The notes: a model not told the origin generated them from the sequence alone. DNA of 64,000 nt from Gammaproteobacteria bacterium UBA6940 (GCA_002450655.1 DJZY01000058.1:23613-87612); one strand, 5' to 3'; shown: positions 23,231 to 34,006, counted from the first letter of the stretch. Numbers and translations are program-made.

Positions 23231-24769
23231 TTAATTAGTTTGATCCTCAGTTGAGGCGTCATTAAGCGGGTCATTATACCCTAAAGTCACCACGCCGAGG
23301 TCCTTGAAGTAGCGAGAAACCATCTTTTTCACGTCTTCCGCTGTCACAGCCTCTATTTTTTCATTGAAAACTGAGAGGTAGTTCAGTGGTAAGTCGTAAA
23401 AACCAATGCTGCCAAGATATCCAAGCTGACTTGAATTACTCGCTGCACGCATTGCAAACTCAGAAAGAATCTGCTGCTTAGCGTCTTCCATCTCTGCTTC
23501 TGTAGGGCCATTTTGCGCTAATTCATCAATAACCTGTCGTGTTGCTTCAATAGCTGCAGCAGCTTGATCACCACGAGTTTGCATTTGAATAGTCACAAGA
23601 CCTGTACCTGCCATCGGTGACACACCACTACCAACAGAGTATGCAAAGGCTTTTTCTTGACGAATCTTTTTATTCAACAAGGAAGCGAAACCACTGCCAC
23701 CAAGAATATGATCAGCTAAAAACAGTGCATAGTAATCTTCATCACCACGTTTTACGCCAGGACCAACCATTGCTATATGGGTTTGCTCACTTGGAAATTG
23801 AATAAATTCAGTCACACCAGTAACAGCTTGAACCTCTTGATCAGGTTTTGGTGCTGCTTCGCCGTGACCTAATTGAGATGCAACTTCTTCTGCAATGGCT
23901 TCTGCTTTCTTGCGATCAATATCGCCAACCATAGCAAGGCTGGCATTTTCAGTGACATAGAATGTGTTATGGAAATCTTCAATATCTTGGCGAGTAATCG
24001 CTGTAACCGACTCTAGCGTGCCTGAACTTGGGTGACCGTATGGGTGCTCTGCACCATAGAGCGTTTCAAACACAGCATCGCTGATTTGAGCCTGCGGACT
24101 TTGCTGCTTATGGGTAATACCAACAAGTTGTCTATTTTTTTCACGGGCTAGGTCTTCATCAGTAAAGTTCATTTCACTGATAATTTGAGAATAGAGTTTT
24201 AAAGCATCATCAAAGTATTGCGGGTCAACAAGAACGCGTAAGCCAGCAACAGCCATATCACGATAAGCACCAACTTCAACGTCAGCACCTATTCTTTCAA
24301 GTTCAAGTGCTACTTGGTTTACATCTAGATTTGCTGTACCAGCTTTAACAAGGTTAGAAGTCATACTGGCCAGGCCGGCTTCCTCAGGCTTGTCTTGCGC
24401 ACTACCAGCATTAAATACGAGACGTAAATCCACCATTGGAATTTCTGGCGCAGGAACGAAATACACCTTTAAGCCAGACTTGGTCGTCCAATGTTGAACA
24501 TCAAAATCAATATCTGCTTTTGGTACTTCTGGTATATCTGCCAACTCAGGGAAGAAGTCTTTAATCTTCACCTTTGGTGTTTCGTAATCGTCAGAAGGTT
24601 CATCTGTAGATGACGAATCTTGTCCAGCAACTTCTTTATCACCATGGAACGACTTCACACCATCTAAAGACGTTTCATCACCAAACTGAGAAAAAACAAG
24701 GATTAAAGTTGCTGTAATAAAAATAAGAATATTTAAAGCTTTTCGAGAAAAAACAGGTTTTCTGCTCAT
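23231..24769 (-). CDS. M16 family peptidase, non-catalytic partner subunit
   Basis: M16 fold motifs (PMVDLRLVFNAGS, ILGGSGF..L...IR) without HXXEH; N-terminal TM/signal. Confidence 0.88.
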   Translation of the reverse strand: MSRKPVFSRKALNILIFITATLILVFSQFGDETSLDGVKSFHGDKEVAGQDSSSTDEPSDDYETPKVKIKDFFPELADIPEVPKADIDFDVQHWTTKSGLKVYFVPAPEIPMVDLRLVFNAGSAQDKPEEAGLASMTSNLVKAGTANLDVNQVALELERIGADVEVGAYRDMAVAGLRVLVDPQYFDDALKLYSQIISEMNFTDEDLAREKNRQLVGITHKQQSPQAQISDAVFETLYGAEHPYGHPSSGTLESVTAITRQDIEDFHNTFYVTENASLAMVGDIDRKKAEAIAEEVASQLGHGEAAPKPDQEVQAVTGVTEFIQFPSEQTHIAMVGPGVKRGDEDYYALFLADHILGGSGFASLLNKKIRQEKAFAYSVGSGVSPMAGTGLVTIQMQTRGDQAAAAIEATRQVIDELAQNGPTEAEMEDAKQQILSEFAMRAASNSSQLGYLGSIGFYDLPLNYLSVFNEKIEAVTAEDVKKMVSRYFKDLGVVTLGYNDPLNDASTEDQTN

Positions 24770-26244
24770 TGCACTGCTCCCTGCTGTTGTGACTGAGCTT
24801 GCGCAGTTTCAGGGGCCTCATCTTCAGGCACCAAACTCACTAAAGTCATACGATCTTGATCTATATATTTTTCAGCAACTCGCTGAATATCTTTAGGGGT
24901 TACTTTTTCAAGATGACCAATCCACTTATCAGCCAAACGCCAATCTTCATCTATCACAGCTAAGCGACCAAGCGTATCAGCCTGATTAAAGACAGAATCT
25001 TCACCGAATACTTCGCCGGCTTTGAGCTGCACAAGCGCTCTTTGAAGCTCATCTGCAGTTGGAGGTGTTTCTTTCATTTTTTGGATTTGTTCAAAAATAG
25101 CAGATTCTAATTGATCTAATTCTGTACCCTGTGTTGGTGCAGACATAATACTAAAGAGCACATCACCACGAGCAATTGGATCGTAACCTGTACCTATACT
25201 TGCAGCCACCTGTTGGCCACGAACAAGATTTGTTTCAAAGCGAGCACTCAAACCACCATCAAGCACATAAGCAAGCATTGCAAGCGCATAGGTGTCTTCA
25301 ATGGATTCAGCAGTTTTAATACTTGGCGCTAAGAAGCCCATCATCAACTGAGGTACTTTGACTTTATCTTTAATGGTAATGCGCTTTTCACCTTTTGGTT
25401 CTTGCTCTGTGTAATCTGGTAATTCAGGAAGTGTTTTTGCTTTTAAGTCACCAAAATGCTGAATAGCGAGTTGATGCACTTCATCAGGATCAACATCCCC
25501 TACAACAACGAGCGTTGCATTATTTGGCGAGTACCATTTTTCGTACCATTTTTTAGTATATTCAAGGCTTAAATTTTTAAGATCATGTCTCCAGCCGATA
25601 ACTGGGTTTTGATATGGGCTGGATAAAAAAGCTGCAGCAAATAAACGTTCGTAAGCAGTACCAATTGGTGAGTCGTCAGTTCTCATGCGACGCTCTTCCA
25701 TGACAACTCGTTTTTCTTTTTCAAATTCTTCAGCATCCATATTAAGCATTGTCATGCGATTTGCTTCAATGGCAAGGCTGATAGGCAAACGGCTTTTTTC
25801 CCACATTTGGTAGTAACCGGTGTAATCACGGCCAGTAAATGCATTTTCGTTTCCACCGTAGCGGGCAACAAGGTTTGATAACTCACCAGGACCAAAACGA
25901 TCTGTTCCTTTAAACATCATATGCTCAAGTACGTGAGATACGCCTGTATGACCTGTGCGCTCAAAACTCGAACCAATGCGATACCACACTTGGCTTACCA
26001 CAACTGGTGCCCTGTGATCTGGTTTTACGAGAACTTTAAATCCATTATCAAGCGTGTATTCGGACACCTGTCCGATACTTTCGCCGTCCGTCGCTTCTGC
26101 ATAAGCAGGGCTATAGAGCGCCCCTGCAATCATCAATACACTTAATATGCGTATTGATTTTCGAGCTTTAAGCCCTTTGATCAATCGACTTATCACAATC
26201 CTTGCCTCTTTAACGTCTATAGGGTGGGTTTCAGCCCTCGCCAA
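24766..26244 (-). CDS. M16 family zinc peptidase, catalytic subunit
   Basis: HVLEHMMFKGT (HXXEH), NAFT; start uncertain. Confidence 0.92.
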   Translation of the reverse strand: MARAETHPIDVKEARIVISRLIKGLKARKSIRILSVLMIAGALYSPAYAEATDGESIGQVSEYTLDNGFKVLVKPDHRAPVVVSQVWYRIGSSFERTGHTGVSHVLEHMMFKGTDRFGPGELSNLVARYGGNENAFTGRDYTGYYQMWEKSRLPISLAIEANRMTMLNMDAEEFEKEKRVVMEERRMRTDDSPIGTAYERLFAAAFLSSPYQNPVIGWRHDLKNLSLEYTKKWYEKWYSPNNATLVVVGDVDPDEVHQLAIQHFGDLKAKTLPELPDYTEQEPKGEKRITIKDKVKVPQLMMGFLAPSIKTAESIEDTYALAMLAYVLDGGLSARFETNLVRGQQVAASIGTGYDPIARGDVLFSIMSAPTQGTELDQLESAIFEQIQKMKETPPTADELQRALVQLKAGEVFGEDSVFNQADTLGRLAVIDEDWRLADKWIGHLEKVTPKDIQRVAEKYIDQDRMTLVSLVPEDEAPETAQAQSQQQGAVQ

Positions 26245-26370
26245 ACAATCAGTAACTCTTTATACTCTACACTCTGTGAGAGCCATAATATGTATCTTTA
26301 GTGATACCGTCGTGCCCATACGTATTTAGAAAATATCAAATTCATTTATTTAAACCAGTGGGAAAAAAAT

Positions 26371-27327
26371 ATGTCCACTTCTCAATCAAGCTTACCATCT
26401 ACTGTGAAAATCGCGACTCGTAAAAGCAAATTAGCACTTTGGCAAGCAGAGCATGTTGCTCACTTAATCCAAACCAAACTCGGTTTAAAAACAGAGCTTG
26501 TCAAAGTTGTCACTGAAGGTGACAAAACTCAAAGCGCTGGCATTGCTCTTTCTAAGATCGGTGGCAAGGGTCTTTTCTTAAAAGAAATTGAAGACACAAT
26601 GCTTAGAGGCGAAGCTGACATCGCAGTTCATTCTATGAAAGATGTTCCATCTGACATGATAGAAGAGCTAACGTTAGCGGCGCTTCTCGAAAGAGAGAAC
26701 CCATCCGATGCACTTGTTGGTGTTACAAGCATAGACCAGCTTAAACAAGGTGCTGTTGTCGGAACGTCAAGCCTACGTCGTCATGCACAAATTCTTGCAG
26801 CGCGCCCTGACCTTCAAATTAAAACCATTCGCGGTAATGTTGATACACGTCTAGCAAAGCTGGATGCTGGCGAATACGACGCCACTATTCTTGCAACTGC
26901 AGGCCTGAAGCGCCTTAAGTTGAATGATCGTATTGATCTTGAAATTCCTAAAGATGTGATGCTCCCAGCGGTTGCTCAAGGCTGTGTAGGTATTCAATGC
27001 AGAACTCAAGATACTGAACTTAGAAAAGCACTTTTAACGCTACAACACACAGCAACAGCCTTAGTTGTAACAGCAGAGCGTCAGTGCAATGAAGCACTTG
27101 GCGGTAGCTGTCATGCACCTATTGCTGTACATGGCACTTTAAATGGATCAGACATGAGCCTTGAAGGTATGGTCGGAAACTTAGAAGGCGTTCTTTGCCG
27201 CAAAACTGTCACAGGCACTGTTACCTCTGCAGACGAAGCAAAAGCTCTTGGTTTAAAGCTTTCAGAAGTTTTATTTGCCAGCGGTGCAAAAGAAATTCTT
27301 GCTTCACATTTAGCAAATAATCCTTAA
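26371..27327 (+). CDS. hemC: Hydroxymethylbilane synthase
   Basis: IATRKSKLALWQA, GGKGLF, AVHSMKD, GTSSLRR, GSCHAPI. Confidence 0.98.
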   Translation: MSTSQSSLPSTVKIATRKSKLALWQAEHVAHLIQTKLGLKTELVKVVTEGDKTQSAGIALSKIGGKGLFLKEIEDTMLRGEADIAVHSMKDVPSDMIEELTLAALLERENPSDALVGVTSIDQLKQGAVVGTSSLRRHAQILAARPDLQIKTIRGNVDTRLAKLDAGEYDATILATAGLKRLKLNDRIDLEIPKDVMLPAVAQGCVGIQCRTQDTELRKALLTLQHTATALVVTAERQCNEALGGSCHAPIAVHGTLNGSDMSLEGMVGNLEGVLCRKTVTGTVTSADEAKALGLKLSEVLFASGAKEILASHLANNP

Positions 27328-27341
27328 AGGGTACAACTCTA

Positions 27342-28130
27342 ATGACACAAAAGCAGCCCCTCAAGGTTTTAAACACAAGACCTGCACCAAAAGGCATTGA
27401 GCTTGAACAAAACTTAAAAGCGGCTGGTTTTGATGTTATTTCTTACTGCCCCTACTCTATTGTTGCAGTTGAAACTCTCGAATCTGAGCGTTCCAGCATT
27501 AACATGGCGCTTGGCTTAGATGAATTTACCGATATCATTATTACCAGCCATTTTGCGGCAGATCATGGCTTGGATTTTTTAATGAACTACTGGCCTCAGT
27601 GGCCTGAAACACGTTGGTGGAGCATCGGTGCAGCAACAGCTCAAACAATGAGCAGCTATAATATCGATGCAATTGAGCCTGATCAAAGCCAAACTGCCAA
27701 CTCAGAAACATTACTTCAAAGCCTGCAGCAATGTTGGGTAGAACATGAAGAAATGAATGCACCAGATCGTGCACCAAATGTACTTGTGATTGCTGGCAAA
27801 CATGGCCGAGGCTTAATTCAAAAAGAGCTAGATCAACTTAGGGTCTCTACGTCTACACTAGAAGTTTACGAGCGCCAGAAAAACCAGCTTCCATGCCCCT
27901 CAGATGCTTTTGATGCTGTTATTTTAACCAGCACTGAAGCCGCTGAGGATATTATTCAGTCACATGAAAATCTGATAAAATCTGATAAGATGTGCTCTTT
28001 TATTTGTGCCAGTGAAAGAATTGCAGAAGTTGTGCGCAACACAGGCGCAACGAAGGTGGTAAACTCTGGCAGTGCTAAAAACCAAATCTTAATCGAATGC
28101 TTACAGCATACGCTTGTGGCTACTCAGTAA
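27342..28130 (+). CDS. hemD: Uroporphyrinogen-III synthase
   Basis: VLNTRP, IGAATA, NSETLL, VYER, LTS; follows hemC. Confidence 0.9.
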   Translation: MTQKQPLKVLNTRPAPKGIELEQNLKAAGFDVISYCPYSIVAVETLESERSSINMALGLDEFTDIIITSHFAADHGLDFLMNYWPQWPETRWWSIGAATAQTMSSYNIDAIEPDQSQTANSETLLQSLQQCWVEHEEMNAPDRAPNVLVIAGKHGRGLIQKELDQLRVSTSTLEVYERQKNQLPCPSDAFDAVILTSTEAAEDIIQSHENLIKSDKMCSFICASERIAEVVRNTGATKVVNSGSAKNQILIECLQHTLVATQ

Positions 28131-28178
28131 AATACTGAAATAGCAACACGCTTCTCTGATGACTTACGAGGCGTCAAT

Positions 28179-29285
28179 ATGACAGAAGAATCAAAAGATA
28201 CTCCAAACCAAGAACTGGCAACAATAGAAACGCCAAAAACTGCAGAGCCTACGCCTGTAGCAGTGCAAAAGTCAGGCGCAGGTAAAGCTGTGTGGCTTGT
28301 GGTGTTATTACAGTTTGTCCTTTTAATTGGCTTTGCTGCCGCTGGTACTTACTATTACTTAGAAGTCATGAAAGCAGCAGAAGTTCAACAAAATGAATAT
28401 AAAACAACTTCTGCCAACAGCAATGCTCGTTTAGACGCAATGAAAAAGACCCTTGGTCAAGTTGATGCTGAAGTCAAAGAGATTTCTGGCGACAAGCTAG
28501 CTGACCTTCAAAAAGAGTTGAATACAACTCTTGCTAACTTTAAAACATTTGAACAAAACGTTAATGCTATTAATAAACGCTTAAAAGAGCTTTCACCACG
28601 TGATGAACAACAGTGGATGATTTCTCAAATTGAATATTTTCTTGAAATGGCTCAATACCGTCTAGCGCTGACAGGTGATCACCAAGGTGCAGCACTCCTC
28701 ATGGACCAAGCGAGCATTGTTGCTGCACAACTTCGTACCCCTGATGCTCAAGCACTCCTTACGGCACTAAGTGAAGATCGTGCTAACTTGAAAATTGAGG
28801 GTTATTGGCAGCCAGAGCTTATTCATGCTCAACTTAATGCCCTTATTGAAAAAATTGATGACTTAAGTATTTCCTCTTATAACCATGAAGATTTTGACGA
28901 AAAACCAACTGCTGACATTATGTCTTCAGAAGGTATGAATAAACTTCTCTCCTCTTTAGTTCGCGTACAGAAGACTGACTCTGCTGTAAAACCACTGCTC
29001 GATGACACAACTCGCAAGCAAGTTGAACAACATATCTTTATGTTACTGACAGAAGCGCAACTGAATGTGATGCGTCAAAACCAGCTTGGTTATGAGAGCT
29101 CTCTTGCACAACTTGTGAAGATTGTTAAAGAAGCCTTTAATCCTAATCAGAAGCAAACTCAGTTCTTCGTAAATGAATTGGAGCGCTTAAAAGAAGTGCA
29201 GATTACTCGTCCAACAACGACAATTGAGAAAAGCCAACAAGCTCTTCGTAATCTGATTACTATTTTTGAAAAGAAAAAATCTTAA
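28179..29285 (+). CDS. hemX: HemX-family membrane-anchored coiled-coil protein
   Basis: N-terminal TM, coiled coil, W..S.IEYFLEMA.YRL; position in hemCDXY. Confidence 0.82.
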   Translation: MTEESKDTPNQELATIETPKTAEPTPVAVQKSGAGKAVWLVVLLQFVLLIGFAAAGTYYYLEVMKAAEVQQNEYKTTSANSNARLDAMKKTLGQVDAEVKEISGDKLADLQKELNTTLANFKTFEQNVNAINKRLKELSPRDEQQWMISQIEYFLEMAQYRLALTGDHQGAALLMDQASIVAAQLRTPDAQALLTALSEDRANLKIEGYWQPELIHAQLNALIEKIDDLSISSYNHEDFDEKPTADIMSSEGMNKLLSSLVRVQKTDSAVKPLLDDTTRKQVEQHIFMLLTEAQLNVMRQNQLGYESSLAQLVKIVKEAFNPNQKQTQFFVNELERLKEVQITRPTTTIEKSQQALRNLITIFEKKKS

Positions 29286-29297
29286 TTTGCGCTCTAG

Positions 29298-29326
29298 CGT
29301 TGGAAAAGTGAACCTCTTTTCCAACG
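29298..29326 (+). other. Intercistronic hairpin between hemX and hemY
   Basis: CGTTGGAAAAG/CTTTTCCAACG perfect 11-bp inverted repeat. Confidence 0.6.
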
Positions 29327-29348
29327 ACTTACAGGAAGGCATACAATT

Positions 29349-30530
29349 ATGTTAAAAAATTTGCTCAAAATTGCCTTTATTGTTCTCCTTGCCCTTGCAG
29401 TTGCTGAGCTCGGTAGATCAGATCCAGGCTATATATTAATTAACTTCCATAGTTATATCATTGAAACAAGCGTACTTGTGCTTGTTATTTTTGCTGTAAT
29501 CCTTGGCATTATTAGCGCAGTTGTTTTAAATCTAATCAAACCTGTTTGGTCTTGGCTCAAACCTGTTGCCTATACAAAACAGCAGGATAAAACCGCTTAC
29601 ATGCTGACGCAGGGTATGCTTAACCTTGCAGATGGTGATTGGAAAAAAGCACAGAAGCTTCTCTCAAAAGTCTCTAGTCGCAGCCCATTAAATTTAATTG
29701 CAACAATTGGCCAAGCACGCACAGCCTATGAACAAGGCCAGCTTGATAAAGCTTTCTCTTACCTTGAATCTGCTCGCAAAATTGATATTAAAAATGGTGA
29801 TAAAAACAGACACCACATTTGTTTTATTGAATCCCAATTTGCAATGCACTCTGGCGACTATGCAGGAGCTCTTCGAGCGCTTAATAAAGTCAGTGCTAAC
29901 CAGCAAACAGGTATTTTCTGGAAGCTTAAAGCTCGCATTCTGAAAGCACAAAATGAATGGCACCAAATCTACTCTATTCTGCCGCAAATTCGTCAAGACA
30001 AGCTCTTTAGTGATGAGGAACTGATTGCACTTGAATCGCAATGCTACACAGCAATGACTGATGGCCAATCTTTAGAAACGATTAACGAGTTCTGGAAATC
30101 ACTACCAGCAAAACGTCGTCAGATTTCTGAAATTGCACAAGTGAAATTCCATGCACTCATGAAACTTGAAAAGCATGATCTTGCCTACCAAATTGTTGAA
30201 GAACAGGTGCACAGAGGCCTTGATACACGTTGGGCATTAACATTAGCCCAGATGACAGATGTAAATTGGCAAGCTCGTTATAACCTCTTAACGAAGTACA
30301 TGGGCAACAAAACAGAAGATACAAACGTACTGAAAGCTCAAGGTGTGCTGCTTCAACAAGGCGGTGACAACGCTCAAGCATTAGAATTCTTACACAAAGC
30401 AGTTGCGCTTGATCCTAAAGATATGAAAACGCAAATTCTTGTGTATGAATTAGAGAAAGAACTAGGTGATATGACTGCTGAACAAAAGCTTGCACAAATC
30501 GCTGAGAGTGAAGATATTTCTATTAAATAA
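29349..30530 (+). CDS. hemY: HemY-family TPR membrane protein
   Basis: DPGYILI..IETS N-terminal HemY_N pattern, TPR-like helices; position. Confidence 0.85.
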   Translation: MLKNLLKIAFIVLLALAVAELGRSDPGYILINFHSYIIETSVLVLVIFAVILGIISAVVLNLIKPVWSWLKPVAYTKQQDKTAYMLTQGMLNLADGDWKKAQKLLSKVSSRSPLNLIATIGQARTAYEQGQLDKAFSYLESARKIDIKNGDKNRHHICFIESQFAMHSGDYAGALRALNKVSANQQTGIFWKLKARILKAQNEWHQIYSILPQIRQDKLFSDEELIALESQCYTAMTDGQSLETINEFWKSLPAKRRQISEIAQVKFHALMKLEKHDLAYQIVEEQVHRGLDTRWALTLAQMTDVNWQARYNLLTKYMGNKTEDTNVLKAQGVLLQQGGDNAQALEFLHKAVALDPKDMKTQILVYELEKELGDMTAEQKLAQIAESEDISIK

Positions 30531-30556
30531 TCTAGAAATTATTTCTTCTTTCTCCC

Positions 30557-30599
30557 AATAAAAAAGCCGCTTTATCATTATTAAAGCGGCTTTTTTATT
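30557..30599. terminator. Bidirectional intrinsic terminator (hemY/nhaA)
   Basis: AATAAAAAAGCCGCTTTA...TAAAGCGGCTTTTTTATT. Confidence 0.9.
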
Positions 30600-30718
30600 G
30601 GGTTTAAGTTATAAAGCTTTAAACATACTTCAACCATGGCTTCAATTTAATATATGAAGTCATCATTGAATCAAGACTCACTGGGCAACATTCCTACAAT
30701 TATTACCCAACGGGATGC

Positions 30719-31942
30719 CTAGCTTTTGCTAGGCACACCATCCACCTCTAGATGCTCATGCTCCTCTTCAGGGATTCTTTTAATCGCGACTTTAAGAATT
30801 AAATAGCCAACAACACCAGATAAGAGAGAACCAATCAATATCCCAAGTCGTTCATCGAATAGACGATCAACACTGCTTGCATCAAAGGCCAGGGAACCAA
30901 TAAAGAGACTCATAGTAAAACCTATACCAGTTAATACAGATACGCCATAGAGCTGCAATGTACCCATACCCTTCGGTAGTTCGGCAAGGCCTGTTTTGAT
31001 AGCCAACCAGCTAAAGCTAAATACACCTATCTGCTTACCAAGGAATAGTCCAATCACAATACCCATTGGTACTTTATGGAAAACATCATCCACTGTAAGA
31101 CCAATAAGTGTTAATCCAGAATTACAAAATGCAAAAATCGGTAAAATTGCAAAGGTCACAACACCATGAAGTCTGTATTCAATATGGTGAAGCATACTGC
31201 CCTCTTCAAATTTGGCAGATTTATGAGCTGGAATAAAGAGTGCTAGAACCACACCTGCTAATGTTGCATGGACACCAGATTTTAATACGGCAATCCACAT
31301 AATAATACCGACAAAAATATAAGGTGATTTAGTATTCACACCTTTTCTATTTAAGCCCCACAAAATCACAACAGCAAGAGCAGAGATCACCAAAGAAATG
31401 ATAGAGATTTTAGATGTGTAGAAAAATGCAATGATAAGAATAGCGCCAACATCATCAAAGATAGCAAGCGATGTTAAAAAGATTTTTAAAGATAATGGAA
31501 CACGATCACCTAATAAAGAAAGCACACCAAGTGCAAATGCAATATCAGTTGCAGCTGGAATCGCCCAACCACCTCTAGTCATAGGATCATCATAGTTAAG
31601 AAGCAAATAACCTAACGCAGGTACAATCATACCGCCTAACGCACCAATACTTGGTAATACAGCTTTTTTCCAGTGATCTAACTCACCGTATAGACACTCA
31701 CGTTTAAGCTCTAAGCCAACCATAAAAAAGAAGACAGCCATAAGACCATCATTAACCCAAAGCAATAATGGCTTGGCAAGAACCAATGCGCCAACCTGTA
31801 CAACAACAGGCGTTGCTAAGAGAAGATCATAAATATGTTTAAGCGGTGAGTTTGCCACTATGATAGCTAATATTGCACAAATACCGAGCAGAATACCGCC
31901 TGCTGCAGGGCTGTGCATAAACTCCTTTAAAGATGAAGTCAT
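30719..31942 (-). CDS. nhaA: Na+/H+ antiporter NhaA
   Basis: WVNDGLMAVFF, GWAIPAATDIAF, LAIFDD, GIGFTMSLFI; start moved to ATG 31942. Confidence 0.97.
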   Translation of the reverse strand: MTSSLKEFMHSPAAGGILLGICAILAIIVANSPLKHIYDLLLATPVVVQVGALVLAKPLLLWVNDGLMAVFFFMVGLELKRECLYGELDHWKKAVLPSIGALGGMIVPALGYLLLNYDDPMTRGGWAIPAATDIAFALGVLSLLGDRVPLSLKIFLTSLAIFDDVGAILIIAFFYTSKISIISLVISALAVVILWGLNRKGVNTKSPYIFVGIIMWIAVLKSGVHATLAGVVLALFIPAHKSAKFEEGSMLHHIEYRLHGVVTFAILPIFAFCNSGLTLIGLTVDDVFHKVPMGIVIGLFLGKQIGVFSFSWLAIKTGLAELPKGMGTLQLYGVSVLTGIGFTMSLFIGSLAFDASSVDRLFDERLGILIGSLLSGVVGYLILKVAIKRIPEEEHEHLEVDGVPSKS

Positions 31943-31961
31943 GGTTACCTCATTATCAATG

Positions 31962-32711
31962 TTATGGTTTTCGGTGGTTTTTATACATTTTATCAACCCA
32001 CTGCAACACTGGTTGATACTCAAGCTCTAACTGCGTCAGCTCTTCTGGGAGCGTCTGCGGCCATGGTACATCGTAGCCTTGAGGCCTGATTAAAGGAGCC
32101 AATAGCGATGCAACTGCAATATCAGCTCGTGTTAATCGCTCATCTACAAGATATTGTCTTGTGGATAAGTGGCTGGCCAAGGTCTGTACAGCTTCATCAA
32201 GAACAGCTTTCGATTTATTAAACCCTTCTTGATCAATCTGCATACCCTTACGCATAGCTGCTTGGAGCTGAGGAAACATGAACTTCATCAGTAACCGACC
32301 ATACCAAGGCCCTTTATATGTGAACATAGGAATAACGGCGCTTGGGTCCCTTAATAAATAATAATAGCAGCAACGTCTCACATGTGGTCCAAGTTTTTGA
32401 TCTGCAAACTCTTCCCACTTTAAAACCTCCTGCTTCAACTCGCTATCCACAGGCATAAACGACGGCTGTGGATAAAGTAAATCAAGATGATCCAAAATGT
32501 GGTCAGAACCCTGAATAATTTTGCCCTGATCTTTCAGAACGGGAACACTTGTGGAAGGAAACCCAGAGGACTGCTTGCGCATAAGCTTGTGGATTACAGC
32601 TATATGCAAGCCTGGTAGAAGATTTTTCGTACTGTGCTTAATCTTTTTAAGATCAAGCATCCAACGAACTTTTTCACAATAATGTGAGATTGGCATTTGA
32701 TAGAGCTTCAC
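31962..32711 (-). CDS. Glutathione S-transferase family protein
   Basis: ISHYCEKVRW, SVPVL, GSDHI, LTRADIAVA. Confidence 0.9.
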   Translation of the reverse strand: MKLYQMPISHYCEKVRWMLDLKKIKHSTKNLLPGLHIAVIHKLMRKQSSGFPSTSVPVLKDQGKIIQGSDHILDHLDLLYPQPSFMPVDSELKQEVLKWEEFADQKLGPHVRRCCYYYLLRDPSAVIPMFTYKGPWYGRLLMKFMFPQLQAAMRKGMQIDQEGFNKSKAVLDEAVQTLASHLSTRQYLVDERLTRADIAVASLLAPLIRPQGYDVPWPQTLPEELTQLELEYQPVLQWVDKMYKNHRKP

Positions 32712-32756
32712 GGATTTTCCTTATCCTATAGAAGCTCCATCTGCGAGCTTCTGTTT

Positions 32757-33539
32757 TTACTTAAGCCGTTTCTTATCTATAACATGATTCCATAAATAAG
32801 TACCGGAAATGACACCAATTGCCATTGAAATTAAGTTTAAGAATGGCACAAGCATCATACCCATGAGAATAGCACCTAAACTTAAAACGCTCATTTTGGC
32901 TGTTTTACAAGCAGCTACTGTTGATTTAAAGTCGACGCCATTATTATCAGCAACGTAATCAACAGCCTGTAAACCGATCATCCAGGCACCAAAAATCATC
33001 CACATAAAACTGACCATACTGTTGATAACTGGTACCCACAGAAAAATTAAGCTTAAAACTGCAAGCACCGCCGCTCGTGCTAACCAATATTTTAAGCGCT
33101 GTAGCTCTCGGCTTAATCCCATTTTAAACATCTGCCAAAGAGTAAATTCAGGATGCTGTACAGGTCGGATTTGATTTTCCACGTTCGTTGAAAGCCACCC
33201 ATTAAATGGTGATGCAATAAAGTGAGCAATCGTCGTAATAAGCGTTAAACCGAAAGCGACAAAACCTACAGCGATAACAAAGGCCAAAACCCATAGGATT
33301 ACATCTAAAGCACCACCAAGCCCTTCTTGCGCCCATGCCAACCATGCAGGTAGTTCTGGAAGGCTCCAACTCATAAAGCCGCTGAGCCAAGTGAACAAAG
33401 CAAAACCCAGCCCCAATAAAAGTGATACATGAATCACACAAGGAATAATTATCGAAGCAAAAATTTTGCGGTTCGTCAGCTGTCGAAATGACCATTCCAC
33501 AGCTTGAATTGCACCAATCATATTTGAACACCTATTCAA
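32757..33539 (-). CDS. cysZ: CysZ / EI24-domain membrane protein
   Basis: IASPFNGWLS..VE, LQAVDY.ADN, VPFLN; start may be 33521. Confidence 0.82.
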   Translation of the reverse strand: MNRCSNMIGAIQAVEWSFRQLTNRKIFASIIIPCVIHVSLLLGLGFALFTWLSGFMSWSLPELPAWLAWAQEGLGGALDVILWVLAFVIAVGFVAFGLTLITTIAHFIASPFNGWLSTNVENQIRPVQHPEFTLWQMFKMGLSRELQRLKYWLARAAVLAVLSLIFLWVPVINSMVSFMWMIFGAWMIGLQAVDYVADNNGVDFKSTVAACKTAKMSVLSLGAILMGMMLVPFLNLISMAIGVISGTYLWNHVIDKKRLK

Positions 33540-33645
33540 GAAGACTTTGTTAGGATGAGAGTCGTGATCGCTCTATTCGCATCTACACCGAGCTCATTTG
33601 CGCTCCGCTACACTTAATAAGAAACATACAAAAGGGAAGCTTAAT

Positions 33646-33936
33646 ATGTCTACAGTAGAAGATAAATTTAAAGTTGCAGTTGAACACATCCAAAACACGC
33701 CACCATCATCTGCAGTAACACAAGATATGCAGCTTAAGATGTATGGTCTGTTTAAACAAGCAACTGAAGGTGATGTGCAAGGTAAGCAACCAGGTATGCT
33801 TCAGATTGTGAAAAGAGCAAAATACAACGCATGGGCTGCTAATAAAGGCATGAGCAAGGAAGATGCGATGCAGGCTTATGTGAAAGAAGTTGAAGATGCG
33901 ATTGGTGATTTGTCGGCGATGTTGAAGTCTGAGTAA
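33646..33936 (+). CDS. Acyl-CoA-binding protein (ACBP)
   Basis: LKMYGLFKQATEGD...KYNAW...GMSKEDAMQAYV; start at ATG 33646. Confidence 0.93.
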   Translation: MSTVEDKFKVAVEHIQNTPPSSAVTQDMQLKMYGLFKQATEGDVQGKQPGMLQIVKRAKYNAWAANKGMSKEDAMQAYVKEVEDAIGDLSAMLKSE

Positions 33937-33949
33937 TTTTTGATCAAAA

Positions 33950-34006
33950 CCACACTTTTATGCGCACAAAAGTGTGGGATTTCGCATTTTTATGCGCATA
34001 AAAATG
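33950..34006. repeat. Tandem pair of related palindromes between convergent genes
   Basis: CCACACTTTTATGCGCACAAAAGTGTGG followed by the perfect palindrome CATTTTTATGCGCATAAAAATG. Confidence 0.8.

Noticed and set aside
33950-34006. CRISPR array
   Set aside because: Only two non-identical palindromic units, no spacers and no cas genes
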